Shown here piece by piece: positions 24,686-37,115 of a stretch of 64,000 nt of DNA. The position numbers and the translations under genes are program-made. The stretch comes from Felis catus (taxonomy: Eukaryota), in contig NC_058368.1 in NCBI RefSeq assembly GCF_018350175.1, positions 80,786,001 to 80,850,000 of the forward strand, given 5' to 3'. The notes under the pieces are model-generated. The model made no database searches. It saw nothing but the letters and a program-made list of their open reading frames with translations, and had not been told where the DNA came from. Numbering within the stretch: position 1 is the first letter of the stretch; each line of letters starts with the position of its first letter.

Positions 24686-26158
24686 AGATTTCAGGTGTGT
24701 GACTTTGTGACTACATGTACTCTCTCTGACCTTCTGTGTGAAGAAGTGTGTGTATTTCTGGGCTTTTAACAAGGTTACCTCCTCTCTTACCTAGGGATGG
24801 CAGTTTAACATTGCACGGTATCTTTTCAGATGCTGGAGGCTAGCAAAACCCGATTTAAAAAATTCCAGTTGAGCCTATGTGTGCATCAGACTCCAGAGAA
24901 AGGGGATGCCAGTTCAAGTCCAAATCAAGGAGAGCTTCAGCACTCTGGAAAAAACTAAGCAGCAGTTTGAATGAATGGTTTTACCTCGAACATCATGATG
25001 CATCACTCACCGGTGCTAGGAAATCCCTGGGGTTACTAATTGCAAAGAAACACTTCTGGAAGCTGTCTGTGGCCGAGCTCCCCTCCCGACTCCGTTGCAG
25101 CCTCAGAGCCTGGAAGGAGTTCAGGCCACCCAGACTCCACATGCCCGACTCTGAGAGACAGTCTGTTTACTCGCTGTGATGGTGAAGGATGCAGGATAGA
25201 ATTATTGCAATTCTGCGTTTGTCTTTGTTTTTAGAATGTGCTAACGAGGCTAACCATCATAGAGTGCTGATTTCTTTTCCTTTTCACAGCATCTCGATGT
25301 ATCGGTGGATAGCCTGATGTACAGCGCTTTCTGCCTTTGGTTTCCCAAAGCTAGATGGAACTGGATAGGTATTCTAGTTCAGCGTGGATGGATATCGGCA
25401 ATATAGTCTTCTGGAATGACTGCATTTTGCACATCTATCCTCCAAGCAGAAGAGCTTCATGGAGGCTTTGCAAATGGGGTCTCTTTCTTAGCTGGCTGCT
25501 CTTTTGTTTTCCCTGAAGGTCACCAGCCTCTGACTGTCATATTGGAGAGGCTTTTTTTCCTTGAAGCACTCAAGATTTCTGAAATACTCTCCCCTGGAGT
25601 TTTATTTCTGTTTGCCTATCTTTGACTTCCTCTCTCTGCTTCCATTATGTGTCCAGATGTGCCCCCAAATCATTTATTTGTTTCCTAACTTAAAGTACCA
25701 TATACTTCAAGTAATTTATAATGATTATTTATAATGAGAAATTTATGTATGTATTTATAACTATACTTACTGAAGTTTATAAATTATTCTACAGATATTT
25801 CTAGAGTCAGAATAAGGCTGACCAGGTTATTCAGCTCATTTCAAAATTGCCCATTTCTAAGGGTGGCTGGACCTCCAGGAACTCAGTGTGGGCTTGTGAG
25901 GATGCTGCGGTGTTTCCTCCATCCTGATTGGGAACGGGTTCTCTTTAGATGCAAAGGTGGAAACAGACTCTAGGAAAGTTCATGTTCAGCCATAGTGTTT
26001 AATAAAGCTCTCTTGCTTATGCCACCTTTGAAATCAGGGCCATGGGCATTTCAGGTGTTATAATCTCTATTTTTTATTCTTATGGTTTTTGGCTTATTAC
26101 AACTTAAAACTTGGTGGAGATTTTACCAGTAAGAGCATTATAGAAGATTAGATTTTTA

Positions 26159-26368
26159 ATTTATTTTTTTAACATTTATTTTTTGAGACAGAGACAGAGT
26201 CTGAGCAGGGGAGGGGCAGAGAGAGAGGGGGAGACACAGAATCCGAAGCAGGCTCCAGGCTCTGAGCTGTCAGCACAGAGACTGACATGGGGCTCAAACC
26301 CATGAACTGTGAGATCATGACCTGAGCCAAAGTCTGACGCTTAACCGACTGAGCCACCCAGGTGCCCC
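26159..26368 (-). mobile_element. Can-SINE (SINEC_Fc-type)
   Basis: TSD agattagattttta on both sides. Confidence 0.96.
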
Positions 26369-26734
26369 TAGATTAGATTTTTAAATAGAATTGTTTGGGA
26401 GGAAGGAAACTGGAAAATAGTTCTCCACAGAGTTCTCATGGCTTGGAATGTAGCTGTATCTTTTTCTGAGTGGTTGGGATAGTGGAGGAATTTAAAATTA
26501 GCTGCTTGTGTAGAGGCAAAATATTAACTGCTCAGTGGACTTGGAAAAACTGTGGTTTGCTTTATGTTTAGTGAACTTTCTAATTAGTTTGTCTCTGCCA
26601 TCTCCAGACTTTCCCTATTATTTAAGGCCTGGTAATGATGTATGTGTATTTTATGAATACATAGGCTTTATTAGAGAATTTTTATCTGATCTCTTTTGTT
26701 CCTCTGCAATCATGTTTTAAAAACACCGAAGAGT

Positions 26735-26955
26735 GGGGGCGCCTGGGTGGCTCAGTCGGTTAAACGTCTGACTACAGCTCGGGTCATGATCTCATGGTTC
26801 GTGAGTTTGAGCTCCACATTGGGCTCCAGGCCGTGGAGCCTGCTTCGGATTCTGCTTCGGATTCTGTGTCTCCCTCTCTCTCTCTGCCCCTTCCCTGCTC
26901 TCTTTCTCTCTCTCTCTCTCTCTCAGAAAATGAATAAAACACTAAAATTTTTTTT
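26735..26955 (+). mobile_element. Can-SINE with internal 12-bp duplication (ctgcttcggatt x2)
   Basis: TSD aaaacaccgaagagtgg / aaaacacagaagagtgg. Confidence 0.95.
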
Positions 26956-27110
26956 AAAAACACAGAAGAGTGGCTTGTGATCAAACTAAGTTTTCCCATG
27001 ATTTGAGCCCTGACACATTGTCCTCTCCCCGGAGCCGGTGAAGCCTGATGCCTTCTTTAAATCCTTCCAGAACTTCCCATTGAAGACATGAGCACAGAGA
27101 CAGGTGTAGA

Positions 27111-27156
27111 CGCAGGTACATGACACGTGTGCGCAGGTACATGACACGTGTGCGCA
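27111..27156. repeat. Perfect 21-bp tandem duplication (cgcaggtacatgacacgtgtg) x2.2
   Basis: Read directly from the sequence. Confidence 0.95.
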
Positions 27157-28149
27157 CACGCCTTTTCCCCTGCGTGGCCGGGGCCACACTGCCCCGCATG
27201 GTTTGCGCTGGGCAGTGGGCAGGCGTGATCGGCTGGAAGGGCGTCTGTCCGCAGCCCTATCCCTCCTCCTTCCCTCATCCAGCAAGCACGGGCCGGGCAT
27301 GGCTGGGCATGCTGTGGGCCGTGCGAGCTGCTGGCCTGCAGGCCCAGGAGCTGTCTGCTGCGGGGGAGGCGTGGATCGTAGCATCTCGGACATGTGGGTC
27401 CGGGGAGGCCTCCAGGGTGCTCAGCAGTCTGTGCAGGGAGGGGAGATATTGTGAGGTATGGGCCCCGGGCCCCGGCCCGGGTAGAATGTTTGACCACAGC
27501 TCAGTGGAGGCTTTAGGTCAGGAAGAAGGGTCACATCATGGGAGGAGCCCCAGGGGGACGGGGTGAAAGGGTGGAGAAGGCGCAGCACTGTGTGCCGTGT
27601 GGTGCGTGGCTGGAGCCACACCGCAGCCACGTGAGGGGTCAGGATCTGGTCCCAGAGTAGCTGATGAGCACAGGTGTGTGCGTGTGTGTGTGGGGGGTGG
27701 GGGACATGCGTATGTGTGGTGTGTGAATGTGTACACGCATGTGGACATGCGTGTGTGTGTCTGCACACATGCACGCGGACACAAAAGAAAGCTTTCCCGC
27801 ACACCTCTTAACAAGGTATGGGAGTGTTTAATCAGGCGGCCTGGTTGGGGGAGGGGAGGCGTGGGCTCTGGTGGTGCCCGGTGGGCACTGACCCTGACCT
27901 GAGAGGGGGATGAGGAGGGGAGAGTGGGCCGGAGAGCTGGGGTTCTGGCCCTCTGGCTCTTTTCTGCCTTGCTGATCCCCATCTGGTCCCTGGCTGAGCC
28001 GCGGGGTCTCCTCCTGGGCCCCAGCTGGTTTCTGGCCCAGGAGCAGCCTCTGGCGCCACCTTTTGGCCGGGTGTGCCAGGACCCCAGAGCTCAGCAATGC
28101 GGTTCTGAGAAGCCCTTCCAAACCCAGACGCACTGGATCACTTTCTGGG

Positions 28150-28462
28150 CTTGCTGCTGCAGAAGAACTTCTGCATTTTCAAGTTCCATTTCAGATAAAA
28201 CCAATTGTACTCAATTATGCTGTCCTGGGTCCTTTATCTTCTCCACGCTTAATGTGTTTTCTGTGTAGGAGCGGTGGTGTCTCTGCTCGATGGATGTATT
28301 CATGTGTAAAGCACTTAATCACTTAATTAAACAATAGGACTCTGGCCGTCAGTGTCTGCCCTGTGCAGGCTGCCAAGATGTGAGGCTAAAGGCTGAGCAA
28401 CCTCAATCATCCAAGAAATGCATTAATGCTTCCTAATGGGCTCTCTGAACGCCTTCTATTGT

Positions 28463-28505
<43 letters not shown>

Positions 28506-28660
28506 CACTTTGAGACGCTTTACATTTTCTCCCTCTTTTGGAAATTAAACAGTGCATTTGCATGCAATTGCCGATCATGTCTCTGAGGAGGAGCTTCTAG
28601 AGGGGAAAGGAGAAGAGTGAAGGCCTCTGTTCTCCCCCGATAATTTAGTCTGTTGTTCAG
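28150..28660. promoter_or_regulatory. Candidate conserved non-coding enhancer, split by (GT)n
   Basis: CACTTAA x2 (28312, 28320), TTAATTAA (28323-28330), AACAAT (28330-28335), gcattaatgc, octamer ATTTGCAT (28556-28563). Confidence 0.45.
28466..28501. repeat. (TG)n microsatellite, ~18 units
   Basis: Pure tg run. Confidence 0.98.
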
Positions 28661-28999
28661 CCTCTTCCCCCTGGCTGAGACCCCAGGAAACAGGCAGCCA
28701 GCTTGCAGATCACCGTTTCTGGTGTTTATAGGGGTGGGCGTCCCTTTTGTCTGCCCAGAATGCCTGGCGGGATGGTCCACCAGGGACTCCCAACTTTTTG
28801 AGCTGCTATCATGTTGTTATAAACCTCATCCTCCACGAAGACCTCCCACACAGATGCCTGGGTTCACATCCCATCCCTCCCACTTCTGACCCTCCTGCTT
28901 GAACATCCTAAGGAAACACAGCATTTCCCCATCTCCGTAGAGACAGGAGACAGGGAGAGAACCCCAGAGTTGTGGTCTGCAAAGGGCCCCGACATCACA

Positions 29000-29110
29000 T
29001 GGTGCAATGCTACTATTTCCCAGATGAGGAAATGAGCTCAGAGAGGTAAAGCAACTTTCCTGGAGTCCTACAGCTCATCAGAGGCTGAAGTGGGTTTGCT
29101 GAAGAGTCTG
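29000..29110 (-). mobile_element. MIR core
   Basis: cagatgaggaaatgagctcagagaggtaaagcaactttcctggagtcctacagct. Confidence 0.75.
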
Positions 29111-29137
29111 GGAAGGGAAGTAGGGCACCTTCTGAGA

Positions 29138-29175
29138 CAGGACTCAAGTGCCTGGTCAGGACTCAAGTGCCTGGT
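29138..29175. repeat. Perfect 19-bp tandem duplication (caggactcaagtgcctggt) x2
   Basis: Read directly from the sequence. Confidence 0.95.
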
Positions 29176-29940
29176 GGGGACTGGCGGCTAGCTCTGGTCC
29201 TAGTTTTGCCAGTGAGCCTCAGCTTCCCACTCCATCAGGTGGGGAAGGTCATAGCAGAGACCTTGGCAGTGGCTTTGGGCTGGAAGTGCGTGGGGACAGC
29301 CACAGGAGGGAAGCTGCGTTGGGCCTGTGGCACACGCCGGTGTGGTTCAGGGCCAGCGCCACCTGGGGAGAGGTGGGGGCCTGGGGTGTGGTCTCCGACC
29401 TGAGCACTGTGGTCCATCAGCAGAAACACTGGGGGTGAGAGCTTTGCCCATCCACTCGGCTCCTGTGCTGCGTGTGCTACAGGGCCCATGCCTCTCTGGC
29501 TCCGGGCAGTGCTCCCAGGAGCCAGGTCAGGGAGTAGGATTCATTTTGTCTGCACGGTCACGGAAATAAGCTCAGAAAGAGCAGGTGATTTGCCTGACGT
29601 CAAAGATGGAATCCACCCCAGTGCACTGAGTTCAGAATCCACAGTGTTACCCTGACCTTGTGTTCACTTGCCCAGGACTTTGGTCACCTGGTTGACCCCA
29701 GCTGTGTGATCAGGTTTGACTCTCTGGCATTTTTTCCCCAAGCCCCTTCTTAAATTTTAGGAGAAGTTTAACTTCAGTTCTTTGCAGAAAAAACACACTC
29801 TTCATGCACGCATCCCTCACTTTACTCTCTTGAAAGTACATTTTCCCGTCGAGGCCATGTGTAAAATAGTAAATACACTGCTTTTGGGAATGTATGAATT
29901 TGAAGTGTGTCATCTGAAATATTAAAAAAAATAAGGTTTT

Positions 29941-30160
29941 TAAAAAAGTTTTTTTAATGTTTATTAATTTTTGAGAGAGAGAGAGAGACAGAACGTGAGG
30001 GGGGAGGGGCAGAGAGAGAGGGAGACACAAGATCTGAAGCAGGCTCCAGGAGCCTGTCAGCACGGAGCCTGACGTGGGGCTCGAACCCACGAACCATGGG
30101 ATCATAACCTGAGCCAATGTTGGATGCTTAACCGGCTGAGCCACCCAGGTGCCCCCCCCC
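29941..30160 (-). mobile_element. Can-SINE (SINEC_Fc-type)
   Basis: TSD aaaataaggtttt / aaaataagttttt. Confidence 0.95.
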
Positions 30161-30783
30161 ACCTCAAAATAAGTTTTTAATTGTTACGGTTTGAATGGAA
30201 AAATGAAGCTGCTACCAAAGGAAATCCACTGAATTTTATAGAAAGGCTTGGATCTGCAAATGAGATCTGTTTATCCCTGTGGGGTCTGTGAAAATCCCGG
30301 CTGGCATAGGATGAAGCAGTGATATTCCTTGCTTGCTCCTAGACCCCCAGGGAACACCCACACCACCGTTCCCAGCAGAGACCTGTGAACAGTCAGGCCC
30401 TAACACCCAGGTCACCCATGTGAGCCCCGAGTTAGCCTCTTTGTCCTTCTGGGTGGCACTAGCGACTACCACCCCCGGGGAAGTGAGAATTGAGTCACTT
30501 CGATCATTTTCTGGGGTTCTGCGGTTCAGATGAGGCACCTCATGAAGAAGGTGACCAGAAGCCTGCCATCGCCTGCCCCACAGTTCCCACACTGTGCACA
30601 CTTCACACTCCCTGGAGAAAGCCTGGCGCCGTGTGGGTTGATAACGAACCCCACAGCTTGCTGAGAAGGGGGCGTGAGGATCCCCGTTCTGGCTGACTGC
30701 GGTGGGGAGGTTATGCGTCTGGTCGATGGCACTAGGTAAATCCCCCCCTTCTCCTATCCTGAACACCAACTGGGCATTCAGAT

Positions 30784-30785
<2 letters not shown>

Positions 30786-30825
<40 letters not shown>
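30786..30825. repeat. (GT)n microsatellite, ~20 units
   Basis: Pure gt run. Confidence 0.98.
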
Positions 30826-30827
<2 letters not shown>

Positions 30828-30849
30828 ATGTACCAATGTGTGTATAAAT

Positions 30850-31350
30850 GTCCTTGATCCTCACCCATGTTTGTACCTCTATATCTGTGCACAGACCCTG
30901 ACTCTGTGTACGTACCACTGCATGTGTCCTTGGATCAGGACCCTGTCCATATACGTACTTGCACGTCTATACTTGGACCAAGACCCTGCGTACCTACCAC
31001 TGTGTCTATACATGGTTCAAGACCCTATGTACATACCTGTCCATGTGTATGTGGACCCTGTCCGCGTACGTACCTGTACATCTAGATGTGGACCAGGACC
31101 CTGTCCATGTATGTACCACTCACTACATGTATATGTGGACCAGGTCCCCATTCGTATATTACCACAACATGTCAATGTGGACCAGGATCCCATCTGTGTA
31201 TCCCACAGGATCCCACATATTGCCATGTGTATACATGGATCAGGACCCCACTCGTGTACAGACCACTAGATGTATATGTGGACCAAATCCTTGTCCACGT
31301 GTGCACCTGTACTGGAACGTGAACCAGGTTCTTGTCTGTATGTGTACAAC
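30850..31350. repeat. Degenerate minisatellite, ~12 units of mostly 37-47 bp, consensus like tgtggaccaggaccctgtccatgtatgtaccactgcatgtata
   Basis: Recurrent ggaccaggaccc / ggatcaggaccc / ggaccaagaccc anchors at about 40-bp spacing. Confidence 0.88.
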
Positions 31351-33167
31351 TTCCGAGCGGTGCTGAGGACATTGAGAGCAAGGAATATTTCTCGAGCACT
31401 TCCTGGTATTCCCAGTCATTCCCATTGTCCAGTGGTATCACAGCTCTGGTGCAGGGTTGGGCCTGTAGCTGGATGAGAGAGGTGCCCCGGAGTCCAGAGT
31501 CAAAAGAGTACTCTCAGGGTCCTGCAGGCACAGTGTGCGAGCCCAAGAGCGGCCCCTCCCTGAACTTGGCTCCCTGGTGACCAGCCTCTCACTGTTGTCT
31601 AGGTGAATCTATGGTGAATCCAGCTCAGAACAAAGAGGATTGTGTACAGCTGAATTTTTAGCTGTAATTGTTAAATTCCACTGCAGAGGCGGTCTGTAAA
31701 GTAAGCAATCTGAGCCATTTGGTTTTCAAGAGCCAGAGCATTGAGAGAGAAAGATGTGGGGAAATTCTGCTGACTCGGCTTTGCCCACTAGAGAGGAGAG
31801 GCTGGAGAGGCTGAAGGATGCCAAGAACCATAGAGCTCTGGAATAAACGGGTGGCGCAGGGAGAGGTGACTGGAGGGGTCTGGCCAGAGCTTAGGTGAGG
31901 GGGTCCAGAAGGTGAGGGCTCATGTGATCAGAGCAGCGTGGGCTGCTGTCCTGGGGAGAAGGTGGTAGAATGCAGCCTCCTGGAGAGGTCGCTCTGGCTC
32001 AGCCCTGGGGATGCAGAGAAGGGATGGCAGAGGGAGGGACAGAGGACAGCCTGCCAACCTTGATTCTGGAACCAAGGGTAAGGGGTTGTGCATGTGCCAT
32101 GTAGGCCACAGACCCAAAGGATTTAGAGTCAGGCTGAGAAGGACCTGTGAGACTTCCACTGACCTCAGGCACAGAAGGCGAGAGCTGTCAGCATGGGGCG
32201 TCTGTGGCTAGGGGGGCAGCAGAGGCCAGTGGAAGACCCAGGCCAGCACAGGACTGGCTTTGGACGGCATGGAAGGACGTGAAGATCTCAGAGCCCAGGT
32301 CACCTCCTGGAGGAGATAAGCTCCAGTGACCACAGAAGTCTGGGAAGGATCAGGTGGTCTTTAATTGGCAAAATGAAGATTTTTCTGTCTACGGTAACGC
32401 AGGTCAGTGTGATCTGTCATTTTCAGTTGTGGAGAAATAGAGTCTGTGCACTTCCACACATCGGGGAAGCCACGCCTGTGATACTTGTTCTGCCTGCTGC
32501 CCTTTGCCAGGAGTTTGGGCACATGATTTTATCACCCACTCCATGCCTAACTCCTGTTGGAAATGGAAGGGGCTATCCATGGGGCAATTGGGTGTGTGGA
32601 TTCCTACTGTTAAACTCACATGTGGTTTCCAGTGGGCCTCAGGTGCAGACCCTTGGTCTGAAGGAATACCAGGAAGTCCCCAGCCTTGGATTTGTTCTCC
32701 AGGGAACTTTGCCGGGCAGAGAGTGAGCTCCTGGTGGAGAGAGCAGTGGCTGGGGGAAGGCCCAGGGCGAGGATCAGGATGCCTGGCAGCTGGGGACTGG
32801 CATGGGGAAGGCCCCAGGGGCTGCTTAGGGTGATGGAGGGGAGGAGACACATTCCCCAAGGGACTGTGTGGCCCGGGGACCCCTTTCACAGCCCCGAGAA
32901 CACCAGTACCCATTGAGGCTTGGCATCCATCATGTGTCCATCTGTCCGTTATGCCGCTATGCACAGAATGCTTGCCCAGAATCCCTTCTGGTGCTGAGAC
33001 TGTGGTACTGCCCCTGGCGTGGACAAGGCACTGGCAGTCATGGCTGTACAAGCCAACCAGCTGGCTTGTGCTGTCCCAGGGTCTACAGGACCCGATGAGG
33101 GTCTGTGTGCCTTGCCCAGGAGCTGGGGGCAGGCAGGGGCAACGGTGACTAGGGGCTTTCAGGCCGC

Positions 33168-33389
33168 TTTTTTTTTTTTTAAACGTTTGTTTATTTTGAT
33201 AGCGAGTGAGAGCCTGAGCAGGGAAGGGGCAGAGAGAGCGAGAGAGAGAGAGAGCAAGAGAATCCCAAGCAGGCTTTGTGATGTCACTGCAGAGCCTGAC
33301 ATGGGGCTAGAACTCATGAACCATGAGATCATGACCTGAGCTGTAATCAAGAGTTGGACACTTAACTGACTGAGCCACTGAGGTGCCCC
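33168..33389 (-). mobile_element. Can-SINE (older feliform subfamily)
   Basis: gagaatcccaagcaggc...gagatcatgacctgagctgtaatcaagagttggacac. Confidence 0.93.
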
Positions 33390-33401
33390 AAAAGTAAACT
33401 G

Positions 33402-33569
33402 TTTTTTTTTTTTTTTGAGAGAGAGAGAGAGAGAGAGAGGTAGAGAGAATCACAAGCAGGCTCAGCATGGAGCCCGACAGGGAGCTCAAACCTCAAAAAT
33501 TGTGAGATCATGACCTGAGCCGAAATCAAGAGTCAGACACTAAACTAACTGAGCCACCAAGGTGCCCCC
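33402..33569 (-). mobile_element. Can-SINE (older feliform subfamily), tandem with the previous copy
   Basis: gagatcatgacctgagccgaaatcaagagtcagacac; the outer TSD caggccgcttt / caggccacttt encloses both SINEs. Confidence 0.93.
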
Positions 33570-34122
33570 AGGCCACTTTATAAGTTTGGGGAACCAAAGC
33601 ACAGTTCTAAGTGTTGGCCCCACTGTGGTCAGGCAGGGAAGGGAGGTGATAAATGTGCATTTCCCTCTGCGAGTTCCAAGGAGAATGGGGCCCTGGTTGG
33701 AAGAGCGGGGCCGGGGAGGGCTGTCCCCACGGCACAGGAGCATGCCGGAGCCTGTCACGTACAGAGCAGTTGTTTGCTGGTTTCGTTCTGATCGAAATCC
33801 CAGCTTGTCGCCGCGGGTAATTTGGAGACGGTGTGCGTGCAGACGGAGGACAGTGGGCCCGAGACGAGCATGTCTGCTGACGCCTGTGTGTGTAGTGGGT
33901 CTCACAGTGTTCGTGTCTGTGTGTGGACATGTCTGTGAACGGCTGTGTCTGTGCTCTCCACTGTATTGTCTTGCTTGTCAGTTAGAAAGTAGATCTTTCA
34001 CCTGGGGGCTGAAAATCCAAACTTTTACCCTTTGTCCGACAAAGAACTAGGCTGAATTTATTAGGGGAGATTTCGGTTGGTGAGTGGAGGTTAACTACAC
34101 CAGGTCCCGAGGCCTGATCATC

Positions 34123-34328
34123 TTTTTTTTTTTTTTTTAATGTTTATTTTTGAGAGACAGAGCATGAGTGGGGGAGGGGCAGAGAGAGAGGGAGACACAG
34201 AATCCGAAGCAGCTCCAGGCTCTGAACCGTCAGCACAGAGCCCGACGCGGGGCTCGAACTCACAAACCGCGAGATCACGGCCTGAGCCGAAGCCGGACGC
34301 TTAACTGACTGAGCCACCCAGGCGCCCC
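34123..34328 (-). mobile_element. SINEC_Fc, young
   Basis: CpG-rich; TSD gcctgatcatcttttt. Confidence 0.96.
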
Positions 34329-34987
34329 ATGCCTGATCATCTTTTTAAAGTGAGGGATTGAGAAGCAGCTGGCCCTTGAGCATTCCTTCCGGTTCCTCCG
34401 ATATGTACATCTCACAGTCCCTTGCTGTGGAACGCGTGAGAATGGCATCTGTGGCGTTTCCCAGTGCCTGTCGCTCAGGCTTGCTCTGTGTGGTCACCTG
34501 TTCATTCCCCGTGACTTCGTGGTGAGGCAGTGAAGACGTGACCCTACGTGGGCACGCCAGCCACCCCAGAGCAGCCGGGAGACCTCACCAGAGGTGGATG
34601 GGGAAAGCAGGGAGAGTCTGGGGAGCCAGGCCCAGGCAGCGAGTCTCCCAGGGGCTCTCGTTGTTAGCGGTGGAGACGACCTCTCTCCCGGATTGTGCAT
34701 ATGCTGTGTGTGTGTGTGTGTTCAGAACTGTACTCCAGACTCCTCAGTTCTGGTCTGGCCCCCAGGACGTGGTGTCTGGAGAACAGGGAGGAAGTTCGGC
34801 TTCATTTCACATCCTCAGCTGGCTGTCGGAAGACAGAGCCTTGAACTCAGTGTCCGGGTGAGAGCAGCAGGTGTGACAGCCTTACATCTTCTTACCCCTG
34901 GCTTCCCGCTGGAGTCACAGTCATGACCTGTGATGCGGGTGGATCCCATCTGCTTTCCCATTTTTCTCCAACATGAGTTTTCTCAGA

Positions 34988-35006
34988 TTGCCACCAGATG
35001 TCAGTA
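34988..35006 (+). promoter_or_regulatory. Candidate CTCF binding site
   Basis: ttgCCACCAGATGTCAGTa fits the CTCF core with one tolerated G>T. Confidence 0.4.
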
Positions 35007-36889
35007 ACGTCCCTCTGAAAATAAATGTGCAGCCAACAGGCTGACTCGGGAGAAGGAAGTGGTGACGTCCATCGTCATCCACCTTGGATGAGGCACAGAG
35101 AAGGCCCGGCCTGTGTGTCTGCGCCCGGCCCTAGGGGGCCTGATGGGTGAGGGCCCGCCCCTTGGCTGGCCCACCTGCTTGTTCAGGAAGCCACAGTGTT
35201 GGGCAAAGGAGAGTTCTGTGAGGTGTGGCCCCACCCTGGTGACACCTGCCACCAGCATCTCGATCTGTTTCTGGAAGCCTGGAGCCCCGTAGGTCTAGAG
35301 CTTGTGCTGGCGCATTGAGAGGCGGTGTGGGTCTGCCTGAGGGCCATGGCACTTGTTATTACAACTGAGGAAACCACATGGAGGGACCCCATCACTGTGG
35401 CCCTGCGTCGGATGGAGATGCACCGGGAAGGGGGAGGGGATTGATGTTGGCGGAGGAGGCAGATGGGACCCACAGACACAGTGCGGTGTTCTGTTGCTTG
35501 GCCTTGGAGTAAGGCACTGACCAACGCTGGACGGTTCTTTACTGCTTACCAGGCACCTCCACACACCTAGCTCCCTCTGCTCCACCAGAAGCATGTTAGT
35601 GGTGTTGATTCATCGCCATTTTGATACGACCATATTCAAGGCTTGTGTCCAAATTGGCTACAGGTCAGCTGGCCTGTGTCGGTCCTGGAGTGGGAGCAGC
35701 ACGCTGGTCAGAGCCATGGTCTAGTGCTCCTAATTGGCCACCTGGGAGGTTTCCTCAATCACCCTTCCGCATCTCTGCCACGGCGGCAGTCATACCCCTG
35801 TCATACGGTTTGAGCACTAAGTGGGGTAATGTAATCATTCCAGAAAAGAGTGGCAGTGAGGGAGGAGGAGGATGGGCCGAGCTGCAGTGAGAGCCCGAGA
35901 AAGGAGGCGGCTGGCCAGGGGCCCAGAGCCTGCCCGGGGCCACCAGCCCTGCAGACGGCCAGGCGTCTCCGTGGCCCCAGGTCTTGGTGAGCAGATGAGT
36001 CTCTCTGGGTGAAGACCCGTTGACAGAGGGGGCCGTATATTGTAGAGAACAGATTCATCGGGCCTGGGTAATCCCGGAGCAGAGGCTCTGGGGAGGGCCA
36101 GCAGGAGCCAGGGGTGTGTGTGTGCATGTTTTAGGGGCCTCTGCCCATGTCCTTACATGAGGTCCGCTCCCAGGCCTGGATTCCCCTGGGGAGAATAACT
36201 CACGTTTCTTTCCTTTGGTGATGATGGCACATTCCTAGAGACCAGAATAGATCTTCTCTTGCAGTTTTCTGTGACCCTTCCGAGTCTTGCTGGTGGGTCT
36301 TTGGTTTCCCAGCCCCAGCTGTGCCCTGAGGTCACCATCCAGACATTCTGTCCGGAGGCAAAGCCCAGGCATTGGTGTTCGAAGGTGCTCCTGGGTGACT
36401 GGTGTGCAGCTGGCCCAGACCACATGTGGCAGAGGGGGGACTGTGGCCCTAGAAAGGACAGCAGAAAGCAGCTGGCTGTCAGTCTGTCAAGGCGGTCCTG
36501 GGTGCAGGAAAACATTAGCATTTGAGACCAAAGGTGAGCACATTCCGCTGGTGTGCTAGCTCTGGGTCCATCTGTGCCACCTCTTCGTCCTTGGAAAAGT
36601 AAAGAAGTACTCAATGACCTGTAGCTTCTAGAATTTTCTCTGACAGCTCCTACTTTCTAATGCAGGGATGATCCATTTGGGATCCCGCAGGGACTAGTGT
36701 GTCTCTTCAGCCTCAAATGTGGCTCCTGTAACAAGCCAAGTCTGTTTGCCACTTACTTTCCAGAAAGGGATGCCCATGTGCCAGCAATCAGTTGTTTTAA
36801 AGAGAGTTTTTTTCTAGATTCTGATTTAAAAAACAAAACCAAAAAAAACACTCCTTGTCATTTTCTGAAAAACTTCTTTCCTATTCTTT

Positions 36890-37115
36890 TTTTAATATAA
36901 ATTAAAAAAATTCTTTTTTAACGTTTATTTATTATTGAGAGAGAGCATGAGCATGGGAAGGAGAGACAGAGAGGGGGAGACGCAGAATCCGAAGCAGGCT
37001 TCAGGCTCCGAGCTGTCAGCACAGAGCCCGACCCAGGGCTCGAACTCACAAACCACAAGATCATGACCTGAGCTGAAGTCGGACGCTCAACTGACTGAGC
37101 CCCCCAGGTGTCCCT
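36890..37115 (-). mobile_element. Can-SINE (SINEC_Fc-type)
   Basis: Antisense full-length copy; imperfect TSD tctttcctattctt / tcttccccgttctt. Confidence 0.95.

Noticed and set aside
30850-31350. CRISPR-like repeat-spacer appearance
   Set aside because: Eukaryotic DNA, degenerate anchors, mutually related linkers and no cas genes; it is a minisatellite.
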